Source: Pirellulales bacterium (lineage in GTDB: Bacteria > Planctomycetota > Planctomycetia > Pirellulales > JAEUIK01). From it: 64,000 nucleotides of DNA. The DNA is taken from contig JAIBBZ010000001.1 in NCBI GenBank assembly GCA_019694435.1, positions 461,508-525,507 on the forward strand. The letters run 5' to 3'. Shown in pieces: positions 10,771-21,924 of the stretch (the stretch's first letter is position 1; every line of letters starts with the position of its first letter). The notes under the pieces were generated by a model. That model saw nothing but the letters and a program-made list of their open reading frames with translations. It ran no database searches and was not told where the DNA came from. The position numbers and the translations under genes were made by a program.

Positions 10771-12630
10771 ATGGCCGAACGTGCCGCCGACTACGAGGCC
10801 CGCGCTGCGCGTTGCGCGGCCGACGCCGACACGCTGCGCCGCCGGGGTGAGCGATTGACGGCGGCCCGGTTGGCGACCTTCCTGCTCGCCGCGGTCTTCG
10901 CGGTGGTCGCCTGGACTCAAGCTCCGCCGCTGCGCGGCATCGCGATCGTCGCGGCGGTGATGTGTGGCGCGGTGTTCTCTCGGCTGGTGACCCAGGACCG
11001 GCGCCTGCGGCGCGAGTGCCTGCAACTGCGCCGCTTGTCCGAACTGAACCAGCGCCAGGCGGCGCGCGTGCGGCGGCAATGGAATCGGTTGCCCCCCTTG
11101 CGCCTGCCCGAGCTGAAAGGCGACCTGGCCACGGCCGGCGATCTGGATCTGTTCGGACATGCATCGCTCGCTCAGCTCTTGAGCAACGTCGGTTCGCCGT
11201 CGGCCCGGGCCACGCTCGCCGCGTGGCTGCTCGCGCCGGCCGATGTGCCGGAGATCGTGCGCCGCCAGGTCGCCGTGTCCGAGCTTGCGCCGCAGCTCGA
11301 TTGGCGCCAGGGACTCGAAGTCCGCGCGGTACCACTGGCCGATCACGATCCGGACAGCGACCCATTCATCGCCTGGGCCGAAGGCCCCTGCTGGTTGCAC
11401 GCCCGGCCCATGCTCTGGACCTTGGTGCTGGCGACCCCCTTGCTCTCGCTGGTTGTGGGCCTGGCGGCCTACGCAGGCCTGATCGCGCCGGGCTGGTGGA
11501 TGTTGCCCTTGGTCGTGGGTCTGACGGTGAGCTTCTTCGGCTGTGGCCGCGTGCACGCCGTGTTCAACCAGGTAGCGCAGCGCGAAGGGGCCGTCGCACA
11601 TTACGCCGAGCTGTTCGCCTGGGCCGCGACCGCGTCGACCCGGTGCCCGAAGTTGGAGTCGCTCGGCCAAGCGCTCCGCGCCCAGGGCACGGCTGCCGAC
11701 GCGGCGCTGGACCATTTGCACCGCGCGATGGAACTGGGCGAGCTGCGGTTTTCGCCCATGGTCTGGCTGCCGCTGCAGTTCTTCACTCTGTGGGACTTTC
11801 ACGTACTGGCGCTGGTCGAGCGCTGGCAGCGGCGTCATGGCCATGCCGTGCGCGGCTGGTTCGCGGCGCTGGGCGAATTGGAAACGCTCGCTGCCTTGGC
11901 CGGTCTGCGGCACGACGAGCCGGCCTGGTGCTTTCCCGAGTTTACGGCCGACGCACCGCGCCTGGCGGGCCGCGCGCTGGCGCACCCCCTGCTCGCGGGC
12001 GAGCGCCGCGTGGCGAACGACGTCGAGCTCGGTCCGCCGGGCAGTTTTCTGCTCGTTACCGGCTCGAACATGTCGGGCAAGAGCACGCTGCTGCGCTCGA
12101 TCGGTGCAAACGTCGTGCTGGCGCAATGCGGCGGCCCGGTGTGCGCGGCGGCGCTCGAATTGCCGCCGCTGGAGGTGGCCAGCAGCATGCGCGTGCAGGA
12201 CTCGCTCGAAGACGGCGTGTCGTTCTTCCTGGCCGAGCTGAAACGGCTCAAGGAAATCGTCGATCGCGCCCAAGGTGCGGCCGGCTCGCCGCGCGTCCTG
12301 CTCTACCTGCTCGACGAGATTCTGCAAGGCACCAATTCGGCCGAACGGCAAACGGCCGTGCGCGAAGTCGTGGGCCACCTGCTGCGCTGCCGCGCGCTGG
12401 GCGCGGTGACCACGCACGATCTGCACCTGGCCGACGCCGAGCCGCTCCGCTCATGCAGCCGGCAGGTTCATTTCCGCGAACAGGTCGACCGCGATCAGCA
12501 CGGCGCGGCGCGGATGACGTTCGATTACCAGTTGCGCCCCGGCGGCGCCACCACAACCAACGCTCTGCGGCTCTTGGAGTTGATCGGCCTGCGGGCAGTG
12601 CCGCAAATCGAGCCCAAGTCGCCGACGTAA
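10771..12630 (+). CDS. MutS-family ATPase with transmembrane segments (MutS core/domain V only; no mismatch-binding or Smr domain)
   Basis: MutS domain V motifs are LLVTGSNMSGKSTLLRSIGANVVLAQCG, SFFLAELKRLKEI, LYLLDEILQGTNS and AVTTHD. A core-like DLDLFGHASLAQLL...TLAAWLLAP is present. Hydrophobic stretches are LATFLLAAVFAVVAW, IAIVAAVMCGAVF and MLWTLVLATPLLSLVVGLAAYAGLIAPGWWMLPLVVGLTVSFF. The start is ATG 10771, or alternatively ATG 10720. Confidence 0.8.
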   Translation: MAERAADYEARAARCAADADTLRRRGERLTAARLATFLLAAVFAVVAWTQAPPLRGIAIVAAVMCGAVFSRLVTQDRRLRRECLQLRRLSELNQRQAARVRRQWNRLPPLRLPELKGDLATAGDLDLFGHASLAQLLSNVGSPSARATLAAWLLAPADVPEIVRRQVAVSELAPQLDWRQGLEVRAVPLADHDPDSDPFIAWAEGPCWLHARPMLWTLVLATPLLSLVVGLAAYAGLIAPGWWMLPLVVGLTVSFFGCGRVHAVFNQVAQREGAVAHYAELFAWAATASTRCPKLESLGQALRAQGTAADAALDHLHRAMELGELRFSPMVWLPLQFFTLWDFHVLALVERWQRRHGHAVRGWFAALGELETLAALAGLRHDEPAWCFPEFTADAPRLAGRALAHPLLAGERRVANDVELGPPGSFLLVTGSNMSGKSTLLRSIGANVVLAQCGGPVCAAALELPPLEVASSMRVQDSLEDGVSFFLAELKRLKEIVDRAQGAAGSPRVLLYLLDEILQGTNSAERQTAVREVVGHLLRCRALGAVTTHDLHLADAEPLRSCSRQVHFREQVDRDQHGAARMTFDYQLRPGGATTTNALRLLELIGLRAVPQIEPKSPT

Positions 12631-13543
12631 TGTCGCCCGGGAAGCTGCGATTGACGCCGCGTCTCCGGCGGTGGTATGGCTGCCGCACCTATTCTTGGAA
12701 TCCGCGGAAGGAGCCGAATCATGACGGGGCGAGCTTGCTGGCAGCTAGCGTTTGCGGTGGCTCTGTTCTCAATCGCGGTGCCGGCCGCCGCGCAGCAACC
12801 TCCGCTGACGCGTGAACAGCACCTGCAGATCGCCGCGCAGCACTTGAGCGCGGCTGGCCTCGAGGAGCAGGCGGTCCGATTGCTCACTGGCCAGGTCGAG
12901 CAACTTGAGCCACCCGGCGAGCTGTTCCAATTCGACGTCGACATCGTCGACCTGAACCGCACCAAGATGCAGGCCCTGGGCGTCGGATTTGCCGATGCCG
13001 TCGAACCCGGTGAAGGTAGCATACTGGTTGAGAATGTCCCGGCCCAATTGCTGACGTCGCTTCGCGAGGCCAACGTGCTTCGCGTGCTTAAGGCGCCGCG
13101 GGTAGCGACGAGTTGCAACCGGACGGTGCACTACCATGTCGGTGGCAGCTACCCCGCGTTTGTGCAACTGCCCGTTGGGCCGGCGGTAACCGAAATGCGC
13201 CCGTACGGCACAATCCTCACCTTGACGCCACGGCAGGTTGGTGCCGATCGGCTGCGCATCGAGATCGCCGTGGAGCTCAGCGAACCGATGCGGGTGGAGA
13301 AAGTCGATCCCGCTGACTCGACGCCGCCAGCCCTGCGCATTCGCGCGTTTGAATTCTCGGCGGAAGTAAACGTCGGAGAGACGCTCTTGATTGGCGGCCC
13401 GTCGTCCGAGCGGATCGAAGTGCGGCGCGGACCGCTCGGCACGAATCAGCGCGCAACGAGTGAGATCCAGCTCTGCGCGCTGGTCACGGCCCGCCGCCCG
13501 GCCAGCGCGCCGGCGCAGCAGCCGGCTGAGGTCCCGGCGACGG

Positions 13544-15229
<1,686 letters not shown>

Positions 15230-15273
15230 TTCGTCTTACGTCGGCTGCGCGTGGTTCGAGACGGTTCCATCAA

Positions 15274-16095
15274 TCAGTCGAGGAAAAAGTCGGGCATCAG
15301 CTCGTGGCCGGGCACGACGGCGTACTGTTCGAAATCCTTGACGCCGCGCTCGCGCAGCAGGTCTTCGTCGATGAAGAAGTTGCCCGTGCACTTGCGGCTG
15401 TCGCTGGTCAGGATGGCATAGGCGGCGTCGGCCATGATCTCCGGCTTGCGGCATTGGTTCATCGCCGCGTCGCCGCCGAGCATCTTCATCGCGGCCGTGG
15501 CGATCGCCGTGCGCGGCCAAATCGCGTTGACCGCGATGCCCGCGTCGGCCAACTCGGCCGACATCCCCAAGACGCACATGCTCATCCCGTACTTGGCCAT
15601 CGTGTAGGCCACGTGGTTCTTGAACCAGCGCGGGTGCATGTTCAGCGGCGGCGAGTTGTTCAAGATGTGCGCGTTGGCGGCCTTCTTCAGATGCGGAATG
15701 CAGGCCTGCGAGCAAACGTAGGTGCCGCGGGTATTGATCTGATGCATCAGGTCATAGCGCTTCATCGGCGTTTCGAGCGTACCGGTGAGGCTGATGGCGC
15801 TGGCGTTGTTGACCAGGATATCGATCCCACCGAAACGGCCGACGGCCTGCTCGACCGCCGTGTAGACCTGATCCTCGTTACGAATGTCGACGACCAACGG
15901 AAACGCCTTGCCGCCGGCCGCCTCGACTTCGTTGGCCGCCGTGTAGATCGTGCCCGGCAGCTTCGGATGCGGCTCGGACGTCTTGGCGGCGATCACGATG
16001 TTGGCCCCGTCGCGGGCAGCCCGCAGGGCGATCGACAGCCCAATGCCGCGGCTGGCACCGGTAATGAACAAGGTCTTGCCTGCAAGCGTGGCCAT
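15274..16095 (-). CDS. SDR family oxidoreductase (HSDL2-like)
   Basis: Start at ATG 16095 (MATLAGKTLFITGASRGIG, the Rossmann TGxxxGIG motif). Catalytic YTMAK (YxxxK) is present. The upstream part of the listed 334-aa ORF has no SDR similarity. Confidence 0.9.
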   Translation of the reverse strand: MATLAGKTLFITGASRGIGLSIALRAARDGANIVIAAKTSEPHPKLPGTIYTAANEVEAAGGKAFPLVVDIRNEDQVYTAVEQAVGRFGGIDILVNNASAISLTGTLETPMKRYDLMHQINTRGTYVCSQACIPHLKKAANAHILNNSPPLNMHPRWFKNHVAYTMAKYGMSMCVLGMSAELADAGIAVNAIWPRTAIATAAMKMLGGDAAMNQCRKPEIMADAAYAILTSDSRKCTGNFFIDEDLLRERGVKDFEQYAVVPGHELMPDFFLD

Positions 16096-16491
16096 GGAAA
16101 CCTCGATATGACAGTACGGAATGACAGATTTGCGCGCCCCTTCGCACACCCCCTCCGCATCGGCGGAGGACGACGATTGTAGATCAGGCCAAGCCGTCTC
16201 GCCAATCGGCCGCTGCCGGCGCCGCGCCACGGGGCAGGCTGCCGCGTGAGAGCCTCGCCGGGTGAGTCCCGTTTGCATCCACCTGCGCGGCGGTTGATTC
16301 GACGCCGCAGACCGGCAACGGGCTCGCGCGAAAGCACAGCCGTGGAGGCGCCAACTGGCTGAGCGCGACCCGGAAGGCTCCGGGAATGTCCTGTTGGTTG
16401 CTGGTGAACGTCCGCGTTCCTAGCATGCAGGTGGGCTCGTGCGGCGGCATGAACGTGAAGACGAGGCGGCGGTCGTGTACCCAATGGGTAG

Positions 16492-17727
16492 ATGTCTAAT
16501 CAGGCGCCAGTCGCAAAGGAGTCGCTCGTGACGATTCGCGCATCGGTTCGCTGGGGCGCGTCAATCTCTGCTTTGGTGCTTGTCGCAATCGCTGGCCCGG
16601 CCCGCGCCACCGACTATAACGACGGCGGTACGCACACGGTATCGGGCTCGGACACGTATGTCGGGATCAGCAACGGAAGCACGGTAAACGTGGTGACCGG
16701 CGCGGCCATTACGGCGCCGGACGTTGACCCGTTCGCCCCCAACGCGATGAGCCTCACCGGACCCACGTCGGTCCTGAACGTCAGCGGGGGAACGATCGCC
16801 GGCGGCAGCGGCAGTTACGCGGGCGGCTCGGGGCTGGTCGCCGACGGCGGCCAGATCTCGATCTCCGGCGGCAACTTCATCGGCGGAGACTCGAGCGGCT
16901 TCTTCGCCTACCGCTACGGCGGATTCGGCGCCGATATCTACAGCTTCACATCGCTGCATGTGAGCGGTGGGAATTTCTCGGGCGGGATCGGCTGGCCGGG
17001 TGGCGACGGCATGCGCATCGGCCTGTACGGCGCCTCAAACACGGCCTACATCTCCGGCGGCAACTTCTATCCCGGCAACAGCCCCTACGGCTACGTCTTC
17101 GGCAACGGCCTGTCGATCTACAACACCCAGCACGCCGTGATCACCGGGGGCGGTTTCTACGGCGGTTGGAACCCGACCAACCGCTCCGGCTTTGGGCTCC
17201 ACGCGGCCAACTCCTCCGTTGACGCCAATGGCGGATATGCCGGCGCGACCCTGCTCGAGGCCGGCGCCGTGCTACATGTGAACGGCGCCGCCATCGGCCC
17301 CTTGGCGATGTTCGACAACGCCATCGCGACCATCAAGAGCGGCTACGTCGACTGGCCCGACTTCCACGACTCCGCGGTGGTCAACATGAAAGGAGGCTAC
17401 ATGACCGGGGGCGGATTCATCGCCGACAACGCCGTGGTGAACGTGCGCGGCGGCCACTTCGGCCGACTCGATAGCCCCAGCGACCTCACGCAAAACGCGG
17501 TCTTGAACGTCTACGGCATGGGACTCTCTTTCGAGAACGACCTGCTCCAGGGAACCTTGCAAGACGGCACGCCCGTCGAGGCCTGGCTGCGGGTCTACGA
17601 CAGCGCCACCATTCACCTCTTCGAAGTTCCCGAACCGTCCGGGTTCGTGCTGGCGCTGGCCGGCCTGCTCGGGCTCGCCTGGTTTCGTCGCCGCAACCTC
17701 ACACCACCCGGCAGATCAGGCACTTGA
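16492..17727 (+). CDS. PEP-CTERM sorting-domain protein with Gly-rich repeats
   Basis: Signal peptide ends ...LVLVAIAGPARA-TD. The C-terminus VPEPSGFVLALAGLLGLAWFRRRN is a PEP motif plus TM plus Arg cluster. The body has repeated SGGNF/GGxF units. Confidence 0.8.
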   Translation: MSNQAPVAKESLVTIRASVRWGASISALVLVAIAGPARATDYNDGGTHTVSGSDTYVGISNGSTVNVVTGAAITAPDVDPFAPNAMSLTGPTSVLNVSGGTIAGGSGSYAGGSGLVADGGQISISGGNFIGGDSSGFFAYRYGGFGADIYSFTSLHVSGGNFSGGIGWPGGDGMRIGLYGASNTAYISGGNFYPGNSPYGYVFGNGLSIYNTQHAVITGGGFYGGWNPTNRSGFGLHAANSSVDANGGYAGATLLEAGAVLHVNGAAIGPLAMFDNAIATIKSGYVDWPDFHDSAVVNMKGGYMTGGGFIADNAVVNVRGGHFGRLDSPSDLTQNAVLNVYGMGLSFENDLLQGTLQDGTPVEAWLRVYDSATIHLFEVPEPSGFVLALAGLLGLAWFRRRNLTPPGRSGT

Positions 17728-18925
17728 GATATTGCGTCTGCAGACAGGTGACGCTGGTGGGATGGTCCGGCGCGGCACCGCGCGATTCGAGCACCTGGAT
17801 CTCGCGGCCCGACTTCTGGGCCACGCCGGCCAGCAGGATCAAGAAGTCGTCGCGGCTGACGTGGCCCGAGCAACTGCAGGTGACCAGGATCCCGCCCGGC
17901 GGCACCAGGTCGAGCGCCCGGCGGTTGAGCCGGTGATAGGCCCGCAGCGCATCGTCGAGGCTCTCGCGCCCCTGGGCAAACTTGGGCGGATCGAGCACCA
18001 CGAGATCGAATTTCTCGCCCGCCGCGGCCAGTTGGTCGATCGCCGCAAACACGTCGGACTGCTCGAACCGCACCTGGTTCAGCCCGTTCAACTCGGCGTT
18101 GGCCCGGGCCAGGGCAATGGCCTTGTCGCTGGTGTCGATCCCGAGCACCTCGCGGGCCCCGCCGAGCGCCGCGGCCGTCAGGCCAAAACCGCCCGAGTAG
18201 CAGAACAAGTCGAGCACGCGCGCGTCGCGGGCCAGGGCCGCCACCGCACGGCGGTTGTCGCGCTGATCGAGATAGAAGCCCGTCTTGTGACCGGTCACCA
18301 GGTCGACGCCGAAGCGCAGGCCGTTTTCGCTGATGAAGATCGGCCCGTCGGGCAGCGCGCCGCGCAGCAAACCGTCGCGCAATGACAAGCCCTCGCGGCG
18401 GGCCACGCCTTTTTCGCTGCGGAGCACGATCCCGCGCGGGCGGAGCAACTCGTCGAGCACTGCGACGAGCGATTCGCTGCGGCGCTCGAGCCCCAAGGAG
18501 TTGATCTGCACCGAGAGCCATTCGCCATAGCGGTCGACCACCAGGCCGCTGAGGCCGTCGGCCTCGCTGAACACCAGCCGGGCGGCACCGCTCGGGTCGT
18601 CGAGACCCAGCCGGTGGCGCAGGGCGACGGCCGCTTCGAGCTGGCGCCGCCAGAAGGCGTCGTCGAGCGCCTCGTCGGCCCGCCACGTGTACAGCCGGAC
18701 GCGAATCTTGCTGCTGCTGTTGTACAGTCCCCGGGCCAGCCAATCGCCGCGGTCGGCAATCAGGTCGACCACGTCGCCGTCGGCCGGCTCGCCCTCGACG
18801 CGCGCGACGGCGGTGTCGAGGACCCAGGGATGGCGCCCGACGAAGGGCCCGGCCTTGCGCGGCTTCAACCAGACTTGTGCCGTGGCGGCGGCGAGTTGCT
18901 CGGTCGACGGTTCAGGCGATGACAT
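17699..18925 (-). CDS. rlmI: Class I SAM-dependent rRNA methyltransferase (RlmI/YccW-like, PUA N-terminus)
   Basis: Start at ATG 18925 (MSSPEPS). It has VWLKPRKAGPFVGRHPWV, the SAM motif VLDLFCYSGGFG and DLVVLDPPKFA. It overlaps the PEP-CTERM gene 3' end convergently by 29 nt. Confidence 0.85.
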   Translation of the reverse strand: MSSPEPSTEQLAAATAQVWLKPRKAGPFVGRHPWVLDTAVARVEGEPADGDVVDLIADRGDWLARGLYNSSSKIRVRLYTWRADEALDDAFWRRQLEAAVALRHRLGLDDPSGAARLVFSEADGLSGLVVDRYGEWLSVQINSLGLERRSESLVAVLDELLRPRGIVLRSEKGVARREGLSLRDGLLRGALPDGPIFISENGLRFGVDLVTGHKTGFYLDQRDNRRAVAALARDARVLDLFCYSGGFGLTAAALGGAREVLGIDTSDKAIALARANAELNGLNQVRFEQSDVFAAIDQLAAAGEKFDLVVLDPPKFAQGRESLDDALRAYHRLNRRALDLVPPGGILVTCSCSGHVSRDDFLILLAGVAQKSGREIQVLESRGAAPDHPTSVTCLQTQYLKCLICRVV

Positions 18926-19016
18926 GCGGAGACACTCGCGTAGCAGCGGCACGGCGGGGCGAAACCGCCATGATAGCAGAGCGCAACGGGCAGCCGAGCG
19001 TGCGAAACGCCGGAAC

Positions 19017-20795
19017 TTAGCGCCGGGCGGCGGCGGTGGGCTGCGCGGCGGTCGCGGCGCGGCGGCCGAGCAGCACGATTTCGCCCTTGCGCAGGAAGCG
19101 CCGCTGCCGCGCCAGAATGGTCACGTCGGCCGGCAGCTCGCCGCGCAACGCCTCGAATTGATCGGCCCGGGTCAGGACGCACGCCGTGGGCGAGGCGGCC
19201 AAGAACTGCTGCACGTCGGCCGGGCGTTGCAGCTTGGCGACCGGCCGGCCCGCGTAGAAGACCAGGCTCGGTACGAAATACTCATAGGCCGCGACCTGCG
19301 CGTCGGGGCCCAGTGCGTCGCGCGCCGCGGCGATCAGCGGTTGCGCATTCTGTTGCCGGCTGATGCGCGGAGCGACCCAACCGAACGCCAGCGCGCATAG
19401 CACGACGGCCGTGGCGGCGAAGACGTGCATCGCACGCTCGAACTGGCCGCGGCCGTAGCAGACCAGACACAAGCTGCCGCCGACGAGCGGTACGAGCCCC
19501 ACGAGCGCCACAACCACGTCGCCCGGCTGCAACACGGACATCGCGATCGCCAACCCCACGCACAACGCCACGCCGACCGCGGCGACCGTGACCAACGACG
19601 GATGCACTAGCCGCCGGCTGAACTGTTGCGGCGCGGCGATGAAACGATCGACGAATGCGCCGACCAACAGCGCCAGCGCCGGGTACGACGGCAGCACATA
19701 GTTGGGCAGCTTCGTCGCGGCCAGCGAGAAGAAACCAATCCACAGCCCGGCCCAGGCCACGACGAACAGGTACGCCGGGCGATCGGCCTCGGCCGCGCGC
19801 AAGCGCCGCGTCGCGCTCGCCAGGCTCGGCGTCAGGAACACCGACCAGGGAAAAAACCCGGCCAGGATCGCGACGACGTAATACACGATCGGGCCGCGAT
19901 GGTTTTCGAGCGAGTTGAGAAAGCGTTCGGCATTGTGCTTGCCGAGAAACCCGACCAGCCAGTCGCCTTCGGTCGCCGTGCCGACGGCCACGTACCAGGG
20001 CAGCGCGACCACGGCCAGTGCGGCCAGGCAAATCAGCGGCCGCAGCGACAGCGCCGCGCGCACGACACGCGCGGGCGCCACCGTACGAGCGATTTCGACA
20101 GCCAGCCAACGAACCAGGGCCCACCAGCCCGGGCCACGCGGCAATGGCTCGGGCCTCGTCAGCAGCAGCAGGAACAACCCCAGGATGCCCACCGGCAGCA
20201 CGATGCCCACCGGCCCCTTGGCCAGGACCGCCAGTGCCCACGCGGAGTAGACGGCGATCCACGCCGCGCGGCTGCGCGGAGTGAACTGCGCGAGCAAGTC
20301 CGCCGCGCCGCCGACGGCCGCAGCGCGCCAATCGCCCACCGCCCGGACGTAGAGCGTCATCCCCAAGGTCATGCAGCAGATCAGCGTGGCGTCGGGCGTG
20401 GCGGCCCGGGCCACGACGTCGAACATCAGGCAACTGGCCATGGCCAGGCCGGCCCAGAAGCCCGCGCGCTCGGAAAATAGCGTTCGACCCAAGTGGCCCA
20501 CGAGCAGTACCGTGGCCAGGCTCAGCAAGGCCGACCAGAAGCGCGCGGCAAACTCGTTGACGCCCAGCCCGTGGTACGCCAGGAGCATGAGCCAATAGAG
20601 CAGCACGGGCTTGTCGGTGCGCAGCTCGCCGTTGAACATCGGCACGATCCAATCGCCGCGCGCCAGCATCTCCTGCCCGCAGGCGGCGTTCTTGGGCTCA
20701 TCCTCATCAAATAAGGCACCGCCGCCCAGATTGGCGAAGAAGATCAGACCTGCGATCAAGGCCAGGCCGCCGAAGCGCCACCGCGCCGTGTGCAT
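19017..20795 (-). CDS. ArnT/PMT-type membrane glycosyltransferase (GT39/GT83-like)
   Basis: Start at ATG 20795 (MHTARWRFGGLALIAGLIFF). The first-loop motif is FDEDEPKNAACGQEMLARGDWIVPMFNGELRTDKPVLLYW. There are many TM segments. Confidence 0.85.
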   Translation of the reverse strand: MHTARWRFGGLALIAGLIFFANLGGGALFDEDEPKNAACGQEMLARGDWIVPMFNGELRTDKPVLLYWLMLLAYHGLGVNEFAARFWSALLSLATVLLVGHLGRTLFSERAGFWAGLAMASCLMFDVVARAATPDATLICCMTLGMTLYVRAVGDWRAAAVGGAADLLAQFTPRSRAAWIAVYSAWALAVLAKGPVGIVLPVGILGLFLLLLTRPEPLPRGPGWWALVRWLAVEIARTVAPARVVRAALSLRPLICLAALAVVALPWYVAVGTATEGDWLVGFLGKHNAERFLNSLENHRGPIVYYVVAILAGFFPWSVFLTPSLASATRRLRAAEADRPAYLFVVAWAGLWIGFFSLAATKLPNYVLPSYPALALLVGAFVDRFIAAPQQFSRRLVHPSLVTVAAVGVALCVGLAIAMSVLQPGDVVVALVGLVPLVGGSLCLVCYGRGQFERAMHVFAATAVVLCALAFGWVAPRISRQQNAQPLIAAARDALGPDAQVAAYEYFVPSLVFYAGRPVAKLQRPADVQQFLAASPTACVLTRADQFEALRGELPADVTILARQRRFLRKGEIVLLGRRAATAAQPTAAARR

Positions 20796-21036
20796 CCTTG
20801 CACCCCCTCGGAGGGAATCGTCGCTCGCGCCGCTTGCGCGCGGCGCCGGCGAGGAGTGTAGCGCCGCCGCACGCCGGCTCACAACGCCAGTTCCTTTCTC
20901 CACTTTGGGACGCGGACAGCATCGCTAGCAGTGTCTGAAAAACGGCCGGTTGATCTGGCCACAAGTCGGTAGCGAGCGATACAAGAGGCCACCAGCGTTG
21001 CGGGTGGTCGAGACGCCAGCAGGAGTGAGCGCCAGC

Positions 21037-21846
21037 ATGGAAGCTGCGGTTCGCAAAGAAGCGCCCGGTGCCGCCGATCCGCGGCCCGTCTGGCGGTTGT
21101 TCGATTCGCGCTGGGGCTGGCTTTTTCCGCCGGCCCTGCTGCTGCTGGCGCTGGCCGCGATTCCGACGATCGACGCGCCGCTGGCGCGCTGGTTTTTGCA
21201 AGAAAAATGCCCCGACAACCTCCGGCACGTGTTCGAAGAGGCGGAACCGTTCGGCAACGCCGTCGGGGCGATCGTGTTGACGCTGATCATCTGGCGCGTC
21301 GACCGCCGGGTGTGGCTGGCCGATCTCGCGCTGCTGCTGGTGTCCTCGCTGGGCGCCGGCCTGGCGAGCAACGTGTTCAAGCTGTGTTTTGTCCGTGCCC
21401 GGCCACGGATCTTTTCGTTCGAGGGGACCGCCTGGCAATCGTTCCAGGGCTTGTTTCCGCCGCTAGGTCACAGCAGCGATTTGCAGAGCTTTCCTTCGGC
21501 TCACGTGGCCAGCGCGTTCGGCCTGGCCTTGGCCCTGGCGCTGCTCTATCCACGGCTCAAAGACGTGTTCCTGATCCTGGCGATCACCGTCGGCTTGCAG
21601 CGGATGGAATGCGGTGCCCATTTCGCCAGCGACACCCTGGCCGGCGCGGCGGTCGGCATCTTCGTCGCCCTGTGCACGACCAAATGGCATCTCCGCGTGT
21701 GGCGCATGAAGGGACGCGCCGGTCAACCGGCTTTCGCGGCTCCCGCCGCCGCGGCGAACTCGCATCTCCGCGGCCCGAAACTGCGGTCGCTGCTACGGCC
21801 CAACGCAACCGCCGGCGAGCAGGCAAGCGCGCGAACGCCGAGCTAG
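21037..21846 (+). CDS. PAP2 family phosphatase (membrane)
   Basis: ATG 21037 follows AGGAG. PAP2 motifs are SFPSAHVASAF and R-x5-H-x3-D (RMECGAHFASD). It has multiple TM segments. Confidence 0.8.
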   Translation: MEAAVRKEAPGAADPRPVWRLFDSRWGWLFPPALLLLALAAIPTIDAPLARWFLQEKCPDNLRHVFEEAEPFGNAVGAIVLTLIIWRVDRRVWLADLALLLVSSLGAGLASNVFKLCFVRARPRIFSFEGTAWQSFQGLFPPLGHSSDLQSFPSAHVASAFGLALALALLYPRLKDVFLILAITVGLQRMECGAHFASDTLAGAAVGIFVALCTTKWHLRVWRMKGRAGQPAFAAPAAAANSHLRGPKLRSLLRPNATAGEQASARTPS

Positions 21847-21924
21847 AATGGTGTTGGTGGGCACCGGCGCGGGGGACTCTCGCGCCGCGCCGCCCCGCAA
21901 GACACACCCTTCGGCGAAGTAGCG

